Shown: positions 1-10,000 of the stretch, piece by piece
Numbering within the stretch: the stretch's first letter is position 1
Layout of the letters: the number at the start of each line of letters is the position of its first letter
Source of the DNA: an uncultured Oligoflexus sp.
GTDB taxonomy: Bacteria; Bdellovibrionota_B; Oligoflexia; Oligoflexales; Oligoflexaceae
DNA length: 55,142 nucleotides
Direction: 5' to 3'
NCBI GenBank assembly: GCA_964236955.1
Contig: CAXSGP010000019.1
Coordinates: 1 to 55,142 of the forward strand
Notes under the pieces: generated by a model
Database searches by the model: none
Told to the model about the DNA's origin: nothing
Seen by the model: the letters and a program-made list of their open reading frames with translations, nothing else
Made by a program: the position numbers and the translations under genes

Positions 1-251
1 CTCCTCGCTTTAGCAGGCTTCATTACCTGGAGCAAAAAGGTGTAGCAGAACTTGTTTAGGAAAGCGTGAAAATCCTAGGGACCTGTTTAGCTTAGCGTGC
101 AAAATAACTAGGTCTGGGGTTCAGCATAGAGTCCCACTTAACAGTTGCGCCTAGCCCCGCGAGAATAAGTACTATTGGCGATTTAAGGCATAATTCTGCA
201 TATTTTGTGCTCAGAAATGATATTATTTTGAGATTATAAGGAGGCGGCAAC

Positions 252-539
252 ATGCTATGTCATTCAAAGAAATCGATTAGAACACCATACCTAGCCTTAG
301 CTGCACTTGGTCCGTTTCTTGTGTTGAGCGTTTCTTGCTTGACCACCTACAGGGACGACTCAACTGATAATAAAAAAGCATTTCGCATAAATTGCACTCG
401 GGAAATGCCTTCAAAAAAGATCGAAAAATGCCACGAAAAAGCTAGAGACCTGTGCCCAGAAGGTTATACGACTATTCCTGTACACACTCCGGAGGGTCCT
501 CTTACTCGAGAGCCGGAGATAAGAATTATTTGCAATTAG
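252..539 (+). CDS. small hypothetical lipoprotein, Cys-rich
   Basis: Strong RBS TAAGGAGG 7 nt upstream; hydrophobic N-terminus ending LSVSC; further Cys residues; AT-rich surroundings. Confidence 0.6.
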   Translation: MLCHSKKSIRTPYLALAALGPFLVLSVSCLTTYRDDSTDNKKAFRINCTREMPSKKIEKCHEKARDLCPEGYTTIPVHTPEGPLTREPEIRIICN

Positions 540-930
540 GATATCCATGTTTTTACTCCTGCAAAAATGACAATCTAATTGCAATCGGTTAAGATTTTCT
601 CATCTTAATCATGTCTTTCCCAGCCTCGGTTATACGGTGTCTCACAACGGCTGTTTGCGAGACACTGCCGCTGCAGTGCCTTGGCCACCGATCCAAGAGC
701 CTAGTGGTACCCTTACACCAAAGATATGGCGTCTATTATACTAACCCACGAATAAAAAGTTCTGGCCTAATGGAAGACTCCACAACATTTGATGTGACAA
801 AATCGAGACACAAAAATGAACTCGAAACCCTAAAAAAATCCTCAATAATAGTGGAGCATCTCTGGCCGCCCAGCTCCGAAGCATTCCCTGAGGAGTGGGG
901 GCCCTTCATGCCCCTTTATTAAAGCCATCA

Positions 931-1347
931 TCAGCCCACAGCTTTGCGTAGCTCGCGCACTTTTGCAAACTGCTCCAGCTCAAATTCCATTTGCGGCACC
1001 AGGAAATTGAAATAGGCTACCGTTCCATCCTGAACACCCATGGTAAAACCGGAATACAAGGCGGCCGCAATAAAAGCTCCTTCGGAAATGTCCTGGCCTG
1101 CCGACCATTGCACCAGTTCCTTTAAGTGCTGATGGGTACAGTTGCTGCGCTGCCAGCGGGAAAAACGCGAGGATTTACCAATGCTTTGTAAATATTTGGA
1201 AGCGGCGATCGCTTGGTTCAGATGCTTGGCTGCCCGTACAAAGTCCCTGCGCTTCATCGCGAATTCCGCTTTGCTGATATCCATCAGGCCATCGGCCGTT
1301 AAATGCGGAATTCTTGATAGGATCGATTCAAAAATTTTGCGGTTCAT
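931..1347 (-). CDS. hypothetical protein
   Basis: ORF 931..1383; ATG at 1347 preceded by AAGGA; C-terminal HLKE...ISEGAFIAAALYSGF resembles a motif recalled from small uncharacterised mobile-element proteins. Confidence 0.55.
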   Translation of the reverse strand: MNRKIFESILSRIPHLTADGLMDISKAEFAMKRRDFVRAAKHLNQAIAASKYLQSIGKSSRFSRWQRSNCTHQHLKELVQWSAGQDISEGAFIAAALYSGFTMGVQDGTVAYFNFLVPQMEFELEQFAKVRELRKAVG

Positions 1348-1592
1348 AGACTGGTCCTTCGGTTTGGTTTTAAGACGCTTCAAGCAATTGCGCTGATCCC
1401 CATCGTTTTGAAGGAATTTAGATTAGAAATTGATTAACTTGACGAGCCGACCCATAATATTTTTTGAAGCTTACGCCATGTTTCTAAGGGGATACAGGGG
1501 ATGAGACAGTTTCTGTAGGCTATGGAGAACAGCCTAAATGGACTGACCGGAGCATCGGTAATGGCGGTTTCCCTGTACCAGCTTCCAAGCGC

Positions 1593-1624
1593 AAAAAAGC
1601 CTTCGCACGCAAGGCGCGAAGGCT
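1593..1624 (-). terminator. Rho-independent terminator of cbs
   Basis: Minus strand AGCCTTCGC-N-GCGAAGGCT hairpin followed by T-tract, about 22 nt after the cbs stop. Confidence 0.8.
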
Positions 1625-1646
1625 GTTCATGCCTAGGCTTGAAACG

Positions 1647-2996
1647 CTATTTCTTTACCGACATCCATTCCACCAGATCGATCTTAGTGAGAATATGGGA
1701 GGGCTGCCTATTATTATCCAGCACAATTGCGAGACCCGATTTTAAGATCGTACCTTGAAGCGAGCTGATTGGGGTCGTGAACTCGACGGTGGGGACAGAC
1801 CGTTCCATGAGACTGCGGATGGGGGCCGAGGCGTCCAAAGTTGAACTGAGGCCACGGATGAGGTTGTCTTCGGTTAGTAGGCCTACGAGTTGGCCCTTAG
1901 CGTCGAGAACGGGCAACTGGGAAATGCCTTTGGTCCGCATCAGGTCGATGGCCTTGGCCGCCGACTCTTCGCCCGAGATCGTTATCAAGGAGCGTTTTGG
2001 TTTATTGGCCAACATAACCTCGACGGTTCCCTTCATAGAGTCAGGACCCACGAATTCATTGTCCACCATCCACTTGTCATCGATGAACTTGGTCATGTAG
2101 TTACGAACGCCGTCGGCAAAGATCACGACACAGTTCTGCCCCTTCTTAAGCTGCTTGGCTTCCTTGAGCGCAGCCTGTAGCGCCGATCCCGAAGATCCCC
2201 CGCAGAGCAGGCCCTCTTCACGGATCAGTCGACGCGCAAGCAGAAAGCTTTGCCGGTCATTCGTCTTGACCCAGATGTCGACCAGCTTTCTATCGAGTAC
2301 ATCAGGGATGAAATCGTAGCCGATCCCTTCCACCTTATAGGAGAACACATCGGAGCCCCCGGCAAGGATAGAACCTTCAGGGTCGGCACCGACTATAATG
2401 CACTTGGGATTGACAGCTTTGAGCTTTCGGGCGATTCCCGTGATGGTCCCGCCGGTTCCCGCCGCGATGATCGCCATATCGATTTTCCCGTCGAGATCAT
2501 CGAGCATTTCCTGAGCGGTATTGTCTTCGTGCACCTTGGGATTGGATGGATTTCCGTACTGATCGAGAATATGCGCGTTAGGCAGTTCCTTTTGCAGGCG
2601 CTTGGCGACGCTGATGTGGCTGTCGGGAGCATCCCAGGCCGCTTCGGTAGGAGTCCGGATGATCTCGGCGCCCAGAGCTTCAAGAACGACCTGCTTTTCC
2701 CGGCTCATCTTCTCAGGCATCGTGATGATAACGCGATAGCCCTTTACCGCTCCGGCAAGGGCGAGTCCGATTCCCGTATTACCACTGGTCGGTTCGATAA
2801 GGGTATCCCCTGCCTTGATGCGGCCTTCCCTTTCCGCATCCTCAACCATGCGGTAGGCAATGCGATCCTTGACGGAACCACCGGGATTTAAAAACTCGCA
2901 CTTTCCATAAAGGTTACTGGTAAGGCCAGCAGAAACACGGTGCAGACGAACGAGGGGGGTACGGCCGATAGCCTCAAGGATATTGTCACGAAGCAT
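1647..2996 (-). CDS. cbs: cystathionine beta-synthase (PLP enzyme with C-terminal CBS domain pair)
   Basis: NPGGSVKDR PLP lysine, EPTSGNTG, GTGGT, VEGIGYDFIP, DGVRNYMTKF; C-terminal CBS domains (GISQLPVLD...VGLLTE). Confidence 0.92.
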   Translation of the reverse strand: MLRDNILEAIGRTPLVRLHRVSAGLTSNLYGKCEFLNPGGSVKDRIAYRMVEDAEREGRIKAGDTLIEPTSGNTGIGLALAGAVKGYRVIITMPEKMSREKQVVLEALGAEIIRTPTEAAWDAPDSHISVAKRLQKELPNAHILDQYGNPSNPKVHEDNTAQEMLDDLDGKIDMAIIAAGTGGTITGIARKLKAVNPKCIIVGADPEGSILAGGSDVFSYKVEGIGYDFIPDVLDRKLVDIWVKTNDRQSFLLARRLIREEGLLCGGSSGSALQAALKEAKQLKKGQNCVVIFADGVRNYMTKFIDDKWMVDNEFVGPDSMKGTVEVMLANKPKRSLITISGEESAAKAIDLMRTKGISQLPVLDAKGQLVGLLTEDNLIRGLSSTLDASAPIRSLMERSVPTVEFTTPISSLQGTILKSGLAIVLDNNRQPSHILTKIDLVEWMSVKK

Positions 2997-3055
2997 AGTG
3001 ATGTCCTCTGAATATAGGTGTTATGATATTGAGATTTCAGGGAATAGAAGAAGTT

Positions 3056-3166
3056 TTAGACACGACAGGGGGAAGGACCAGAGGTCTTGCTAAGGTCGAT
3101 GGGCAGGGTCTGGGAACCTGTTTGTGTTGACACGAACACGGGCTCTGGCAAAACCAAATCATACAT
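3056..3166 (-). CDS. putative 36-aa leader peptide upstream of cbs (MYDLVLPEPVFVSTQTGSQTLPIDLSKTSGPSPCRV)
   Basis: Manual translation; GAAGAGG RBS 7 nt before the ATG; stop 59 nt before the cbs ATG. Confidence 0.45.
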   Translation of the reverse strand: MYDLVLPEPVFVSTQTGSQTLPIDLSKTSGPSPCRV

Positions 3167-3496
3167 AAGGACGCCTCTTCATTGAAAGCCGCTCTAGGTT
3201 TATCACAGTTCAGACAAAGATTTCCAGCTTGTTTGACTGACCATAAATACCAAAATTCCCAAGAAATTCGTTGTTACTTTCCGACCATCAAAATCTTGAC
3301 ACCCTGCATCCGTTGACAGGCGCGGCCAGCAAGTGAAAAAATAGCTTAGAGTACGAGTCCTGAAACCAAAAATGACGAGGGATCCAACCTGGGGCCGATG
3401 GCATAGGGTGAGCCTTCCCCTTTAGAGTGTCTTCCTTTCCTGACGCAGCATGGTCTGACCTTTTGATAAAATTCAAATTAAAGCGGCAATATTGAC

Positions 3497-4567
3497 ATGA
3501 TATCCCTATTTAACAGCCCTCCGCTCGCCCTGGACATAGGATCTTCTTCCGTAAAAGTCGTGGAAATGACCTCGGGGAAGAATAATAAATTAATGGGTCT
3601 CGGCCTGGAGCTTCTGCCTCGTGGCGTAATCGAGAATGGAGTCATCCGCGACCAGGAGGCTTTGATCTCGTGCATTCAGAAACTTTTCAAGCGCCTGGCT
3701 ATCAAAACCAAGGGCCGGCGGGTCTCGATTTCCATTTCCGGAGTTTCCACTCTGGTAAAAAGGGTTTCGATGGCGCTCGCAACGGATGGCGATATGGACG
3801 AAGCGATCTTTGAGGAGGCCAAGCAGCGCTTTGCCCATAACCTCGAAGACATGTATTTTCGCTATGAGGAAATACCCTCGACTTTTGTCGGCGAAGGCGA
3901 GAAAGCCTACATCCTCGTCGCTGCAAAAATCGATATGGTCGAGCAGTATATTGACCTGATCCACAAATTGGACCTCAAGGTTGGCATCACCGACTGTGAT
4001 GCCTTTTGCCTGACGAATATGTTCGACTTCAATTATCCTATCGCTGATGCCCTGACAGTTGCGATTAATATCGGGGCGGCGTCGACACAAATCGTCTTTC
4101 TCTATAATGGAGAATTTCTCTATAGCCGCGAGATCTTTATGGGTGGCCATGAGATAACGCAAAAAGTCGCCGACTTTTTGAAAGTCGATTTTGATAATGC
4201 CGAGTCGCTGAAGATATCGGCTTCCCTTGGCGAGCAGGCCATTGCGGAACGCATCAAACCAGCGATTCAGGAGATCAACGACCAGCTTGCCGTCGATATC
4301 AACACCACCGTCTCCTACTTCATGCAGGAAGAGATGTCGGGACGCTTTGAAAAGGTCGATCATATCTTTTTGTGCGGCGGCGCCTGCAACACGCTCAATC
4401 TGGGAACAACTCTTTCGTCGGTCCTTAGAGCGCCCGTGCAAACGATCAACCCCTTTCAAAGAATCGATATCAAGCCCTCCGGTATCGACATGGATTACAT
4501 TATGACCCAAGGGGCATTGTTCGGAATCTCAATCGGGCTCGGTCTACGCGATATTTCAGAGGTCTAA
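3497..4567 (+). CDS. pilM: type IV pilus assembly protein PilM
   Basis: LDIGSSSVKVVE actin-like motif, INIGAAST, IFLCGG, INPF, IGLGLR; first gene of the pil cluster. Confidence 0.93.
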   Translation: MISLFNSPPLALDIGSSSVKVVEMTSGKNNKLMGLGLELLPRGVIENGVIRDQEALISCIQKLFKRLAIKTKGRRVSISISGVSTLVKRVSMALATDGDMDEAIFEEAKQRFAHNLEDMYFRYEEIPSTFVGEGEKAYILVAAKIDMVEQYIDLIHKLDLKVGITDCDAFCLTNMFDFNYPIADALTVAINIGAASTQIVFLYNGEFLYSREIFMGGHEITQKVADFLKVDFDNAESLKISASLGEQAIAERIKPAIQEINDQLAVDINTTVSYFMQEEMSGRFEKVDHIFLCGGACNTLNLGTTLSSVLRAPVQTINPFQRIDIKPSGIDMDYIMTQGALFGISIGLGLRDISEV

Positions 4568-4581
4568 CGGAAGGGCTTCCC

Positions 4582-5418
4582 ATGATTAAGGTCAATCTCA
4601 CTCCCTTCGAAGAACTGGATAATCCACGCTGGTGGATTCCGGATGCCTTGGCATTGGCTGTTATCATCCTGCTGACCTTTGGCGGGGTGTATCTGTATAT
4701 CGATTCGATCGAGCGGGAAATCGCGGCGGAGGAGGTCGAAAAACAAAATATGGTTACCGAAACGGCCAACCTCCAGGGCGAGGTCTCGAAGTTCAATGAT
4801 ATGAACAAGAAGATCGCGGCCCTCGACAATCGAAAGAATTCTCTGAAGCGAATCACAGAATCCAAGCTTATCCGCTATCTGCCGGTGATCCTTATGGAGA
4901 ACATTCAAAACCTCAAGCCCGACAAGGTCTGGCTGAAGGGTATCGCCTTTGTTGACAGGAAAAAAGACGAATTAGGTGCACCGCCGACGCCGCCGCCTGC
5001 ACCGCCGGCTCCAGCACCGACCGATGGCAGCGCCCCTCCTCCTCCCGCTGCTGCGCCCGTAACGGCAGGAGTCGATCTTAGCCGCGCACCAAAGAATGTT
5101 GATTTCCCCGTGACTATAGAAATTACCGGCAGTGCGGCGGATAACGTCGCGATCGCTGAATTCATGCTGTCCCTCAAGGGCACTCAGAACCAAAGCTTTG
5201 AGAAGAGCGATTTGAGGACCCAGCTCTTCTTTAGCGATGTCGGGATTGTCTTCTCGGCGATCAGTACCGAGGCGAATGAGAAGCAAGAGGGCGATCATGA
5301 ACCCGTGACCTTTAAATTGCTGCTGAACTTCAAAGAAAAGTTGAGCTCGCCACAGGAAGGCAAATTTAGCCAATTTATCGATCAATTTAATCGGACTGGA
5401 CAGGCCAGTATCAATTAG
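4582..5418 (+). CDS. pilN: type IV pilus assembly protein PilN
   Basis: N-terminal IKVNL, single TM, coiled coil, PDKVWL; Pro-rich insertion; follows pilM. Confidence 0.85.
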   Translation: MIKVNLTPFEELDNPRWWIPDALALAVIILLTFGGVYLYIDSIEREIAAEEVEKQNMVTETANLQGEVSKFNDMNKKIAALDNRKNSLKRITESKLIRYLPVILMENIQNLKPDKVWLKGIAFVDRKKDELGAPPTPPPAPPAPAPTDGSAPPPPAAAPVTAGVDLSRAPKNVDFPVTIEITGSAADNVAIAEFMLSLKGTQNQSFEKSDLRTQLFFSDVGIVFSAISTEANEKQEGDHEPVTFKLLLNFKEKLSSPQEGKFSQFIDQFNRTGQASIN

Positions 5419-5427
5419 GGGTAGCCC

Positions 5428-6039
5428 GTGGAATTCGAAGAGATTGCCGACAAATACCGAGCCTTCAAGCCGCAGATGCGCTATGGACTCATCACGCTTA
5501 TCGGGGTGATTCCAGCGATAAATATGTGGCTAAATTCCGGCGATGCGCTCGAATCGAGGAAGGTTCAGGTCGAATCTGAGCTCCAGGCGGAGCGGCAGAC
5601 CTTTGAGGATGCCAAGCAGAAAGCCGCTGAACTGCCGGCCTTGGAAGCCAAGCTCTCGGAGATCGAAGGTGAATTGGTAAGGGCAAAGGAATTTCTCCCC
5701 GATCGGATTGAAATCGACGCCGTGCTGAGTTTTATCGGATCGCTTGAGAAAGAGCTTGATGTAACGCTGGTTAAATTCACGCCCGGTGTGGAAGTCCCCG
5801 GACCGGCCGGGCTGGAATATAAAGAGCTGCCGGTCGATATTCAGATGAACGGGACCTTCGTAAATACGATGCGGTTCATGGATCGATTGGTTCATATGCA
5901 GAACCTAACGCATATGAGGAACATACAGTTCAACGCCCCTGAAAAGGTCGTTGACGCCCAGACTCCCGCATCGAGCGGACCCGACGCGCCTCTTCGAGTC
6001 TCGAGCCAGGCCCGACTTATCCTTTTTAAAGGTATGTGA
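5428..6039 (+). CDS. pilO: type IV pilus assembly protein PilO
   Basis: TM, coiled coil, LPDRIEI, YKELPVDIQMNGTF; operon position. Confidence 0.88.
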   Translation: MEFEEIADKYRAFKPQMRYGLITLIGVIPAINMWLNSGDALESRKVQVESELQAERQTFEDAKQKAAELPALEAKLSEIEGELVRAKEFLPDRIEIDAVLSFIGSLEKELDVTLVKFTPGVEVPGPAGLEYKELPVDIQMNGTFVNTMRFMDRLVHMQNLTHMRNIQFNAPEKVVDAQTPASSGPDAPLRVSSQARLILFKGM

Positions 6040-6042
6040 CGC

Positions 6043-6990
6043 ATGATGGTAAAGCTGAAGATCTTGGGAATGGGACCTTTCATGCTGATGCTCAGCTTCA
6101 GAGGCGCCACTGCGTTTGGAAAAGATACGCAACCCAAGACCCGGGTCGTGGATCTCAATCAAATCGATCTTGAACAAGTCGAGGACAATTGGGAAAACAC
6201 GCCAGCCAATGCTCCCGTCAATCTCAATGGAGGTCTAAAGATCAAGGATATTGTTGAACCTAGCAACGAATACACCTACGCTTCCTTTGGAAAGCCGGAC
6301 CCCTTTGCTTATCCTCAGTATCGAAGCAAGTTGGCGGCCGGGAATGGCCAGGAGACCGAAGCGGGAGCCGGAGCGACCATCGGTATTATTTCGTCGAATG
6401 AGATCGCCATTCGTAGTCCCTTGCAAGCCTATCCTATTGATGTTCTAAAGGTAAAAGGCGTCTGGCAGCTGGCCGATGGTGACATGCGGGCGGTGGTAAT
6501 GACCCCTAAAAATGAAGGGGTGGTCGTTAAAAACGGTGACCCGATGTCATCGGGAAAAGTTCTCAAGATCGACAAGGATGCTTTGGTCGTGAGGCTCTAT
6601 CGACTTCGTAAAGACGGCGTTAGGGAATTCGATGACAAGCTGATTCCTTTTGGTGTTCAGACGCATCAGGAACGGGGCATTATCAAGCTTGCTCCAGGCA
6701 AGGTCGCACAGTTTCCCGGTATGGACAGTCCAGCAGATAGCGTGGTTCCTGAAGGTGCCGCCTTTCCCCCCGTACCGGCTGGACGTGGTGGTGCTCCCGG
6801 AACTGCCGGTGCTCCCGGAACTCTCGGTGCTCCCGGGGACGCTCAGCGACCGCCGGCAGCACCCCAGTTGCCAGGGGGAGCGATCCCTGCTGCTGCTCCT
6901 CCCGCTCTTGGCAAGGCGCCTGATCCCTACATTCCGCCTGTCCTGACGCCAAAGAAACCTTCTTCGGGTCGACCTGGGGCAACCAACTAA
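6043..6990 (+). CDS. pilP: type IV pilus assembly protein PilP with Pro/Gly-rich tail
   Basis: YASFGKPDPF, SPLQAYPIDVLKVKGV, VVKNGD; lies between pilO and pilQ. Confidence 0.8.
   Translation: MMVKLKILGMGPFMLMLSFRGATAFGKDTQPKTRVVDLNQIDLEQVEDNWENTPANAPVNLNGGLKIKDIVEPSNEYTYASFGKPDPFAYPQYRSKLAAGNGQETEAGAGATIGIISSNEIAIRSPLQAYPIDVLKVKGVWQLADGDMRAVVMTPKNEGVVVKNGDPMSSGKVLKIDKDALVVRLYRLRKDGVREFDDKLIPFGVQTHQERGIIKLAPGKVAQFPGMDSPADSVVPEGAAFPPVPAGRGGAPGTAGAPGTLGAPGDAQRPPAAPQLPGGAIPAAAPPALGKAPDPYIPPVLTPKKPSSGRPGATN
6790..6840 (+). repeat. 18-bp in-frame tandem repeat x3 (GAPGTA/GAPGTL/GAPGD) in pilP
   Basis: GGTGCTCCCGG recurs at 6790, 6808 and 6826. Confidence 0.85.
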
Positions 6991-7026
6991 TTGAAATAGG
7001 GCTCTCATGGCCATGAGGTATTTTTT

Positions 7027-10000
7027 ATGAACACTCGCTTTTTGATTCGATTGCTAACTCTTACAAGCTGGTTTCCCATAGTCGCCTGTGCCTCATCCGA
7101 TGAGGGGAAAGAAGCAAGTGAAGCCGTTGCCGGCAATGAAGAGTCAGCGGAAGAAGAAAACATCGATACTACCTTGGATGGCAATGCTGTAGCCAGCGAC
7201 AGTATTGAAGGCGATGGCAGTGGCAATGAAGCAAGCGCTGACAAGGGTGGTGGCGACGCCAACTTCGATAGCAGCGATGGCGAAGCGAATGGCAATGAAG
7301 CCGGCAGCAAGTCTGCAGCTGATGAAGGTGCCACTGACAATACAGATGATGAAGCTGTTGCCGAAAAGAGCATCAAAGGATTCGAGGCTGATGGGAACGG
7401 CGGGAATTTTGCGACCAATGCCGCCGTAGGTCTCGATGGTGCCAACGCCGTAGCCGGTACTGAAGCGGCAGGCGAAGCCTTTAAAAATACCGCTATCGAT
7501 ACGGATGCCTTTTCAAATTCTGCCAATACGGCTGAAAATCCCCTCGCCGCCAGCCCGGCCCCCGCAGCTGTGGAAGCACCGCCGGCTCCGCCCCCCGAAC
7601 CCGCTCCGGCACCCCTGGCAGTGGCTCGGGCCCCTGCACCTGAGGGTGCGGTTCATGAAATCGAAGCGACTCCGGCCAAACTTTTTTGGGTCGGATATAA
7701 AATCAATCAGGCCCGCAAACAGCTCAACGTTGAAATCGTTACGAAAGGACGCCCCGAATATGAGATTTTTGAGCAGGCGAACCGGGGGCAGCAGTCAGAA
7801 CTTATCATTCGATTCTATCATACGGGCCTTCGCCGCAAGCTTCATTGGGATGTGAACTCCAGCGAATTTCGGTCGCCGGTCGCCTATATAAGGATGAAAG
7901 AAAAACGGGACGAGGGTTATGTCGATCTCGTGATCACCCATCGTGACAAAGTTGAACCCCTATTTTATGAAAAAGACGGCAATTTCCTCTTGTCCTATAC
8001 GATTCCCCAGCGCTACTCTGCGGCCAAAGCCCGACCGATCATGCAAGTCAAGGATAGGGCAATCAGTCTGCAGGGGGAACGACCTCTCGCGAGGCCGGCA
8101 TTGGTCGTTTCAAAGCTTCCCGCTGTTGGTTTCCCAAGGTATGCAGCTCTTTTCAAAGCGCCTCCCAAACTGGAACCGATTCGACGCTTTTTGAACACGT
8201 CCAAGGCCATAGGCAGGGCCAAGGACGGTTTGCCTGAAAGCTTCACCAAAACCATTCCCGTCAAACGCGCGGGCGAAATTCTAAGCCGCAGGACTTTGGT
8301 GGGTGTAGCGCAGGATGATTTGGAAAATGCCGCTGACGAAGGATCTGGCGAGAACGCCGCAGGCAATACGGCTAATGCCAATACCGAGAATGCTAATAGT
8401 GCCAATGGCGGCAATTCCGCCAGCGACAGCAATAGCTCGAGGAGTGGTAACACCGTCAGCAACTCGGCAAATGCCGAGAGCAACGTCAGCCCAAGCGGCA
8501 AGGCCGGCAACGCTAATGCCAGCGAAGCCAACGAGGCTCAGAACAACGCAAGCGGCGCGGGTGATCTGGGCGGAGATTCCAATAGCGACGCGAGTGCTTT
8601 CTCCAATTTTGATGATAAAGCCGAAGGAGGCTCAAACGAAAAGCCCGGCAATTTTCAAGATGACAATAACGTTTCGAATGAATCGCAGAACGCCTCGCCC
8701 AGTCCCGCTCCTATCAACGCGCCAATGATGAAGGAAGAGGCCCAGGAAGTCGATCCGCAGGAAGGCTCCGGCCCCAAGGCCCAATACACCGGTAAGCCGA
8801 TCTTCATGGAATTTTATGAAGCTCCTTTGAGTCTGGTATTAAAGGGGTTTTCAGAAGAAACCGGCAATAACTTTGTGTTTCCCGCCACCATCGGTGAGAC
8901 GCCGGTGACTGTGCACTTTAAAGGAGTGCCTTGGGACGAGGCGCTCAAGGCGATACTTGAGACTTACAGCCTGGGTATGGTGCGGATAGGCGACAACGTG
9001 GTGCGGGTCGACAAGATCGCTTCCCTCACGGGATATATGCAGGCGCTTGAAGCCGCCAAGCAATATGAGACCCGAAGGATACCGACCAAGGTCATGGTCT
9101 TTCGACTGAATAACGCCGTGGCGGCCAATGTCAAAGATAAGGTCGGTATTCTCCTGGCCCGCGATATCGAAATCGACAGCCGCATTAAAATATCCGACGA
9201 TGATAGAACCAACTCTGTCGTTATCGAAGCACCTGAAATTATTCTGGCTAAGGCGCGTGCGATCATCCAACGCCTGGACCTTGAGACGCCGCAGGTCGAA
9301 ATTACCTCGCGCATCGTCGAGGTGCAAAAAAGTCAGAACAGTTTCTTCGGCGTGTCATGGGGCAATAACTTAAACTTTGATCCGGGCCGGGCCCTCGGCT
9401 TCGGAACCTTGAATTTTCCAAACTCGGTGGCTTCCAATTTTAGCGTCGATCCGGGCGTGTCCGGTGCTCAGACCATCGGTAACTCCCGCTTTCGCTTCGG
9501 TAGCCTCAATAAGTTTCTTGACCTCGATCTTCTCTTGAAGATGGAGGAAAGAAAAGGTACTTCCGATGTCCTGCAATCCAATCGCGTGCTCGTGCTCGAC
9601 GGACAGAAGGCCACAGTCCTTGCCGGTAGCTCTCAGTTCTTCCGCCCTGCTGCCGGTGGTAACGTCATCAACCCCGCTGCCGGGACCACGGTCGGCTCCA
9701 GCGGATTGTCAGAGATCACCTTTAACCTCCTGCTCGAGGTCACTCCGCAGGTAACGGCGCTCGGCAATGTGATCATGAACCTGCTGATCACCAGTGATAC
9801 CCCTGGCGATGTCGCGGCCGGCGGCGATACGCTGGCGAGTAAAAGTAGCCGCAAACTCAATACTCAGATGGTGCGTGGCAATGGTGAGACGGGTGTTATC
9901 GGCGGGATCTATGACACCAAACGCACCCAGTCGATCGCCGGCATTCCCATACTCTCGGATATACCGATTATTGGAGCCCTTTTCCGATCGACCACGACCA

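Noticed and set aside
1..130. IS5-like transposase end and terminal repeat
   Set aside because: Only 14 codons are visible and no paired inverted repeat can be shown
611..922. 103-aa ORF as a real gene
   Set aside because: No clear RBS or recognisable motif; cannot be supported from sequence alone
1515..1575. Fluoride or c-di-GMP-I riboswitch
   Set aside because: Only superficial similarity; core consensus nucleotides are missing and no gene follows on the plus strand
3590..4510. 306-aa antisense ORF and similar long shadow ORFs (2250..2891, 16571..17257, 33491..34270, 48534..49205, 51862..52515)
   Set aside because: They lie opposite well-supported genes and have no motifs; expected from codon bias
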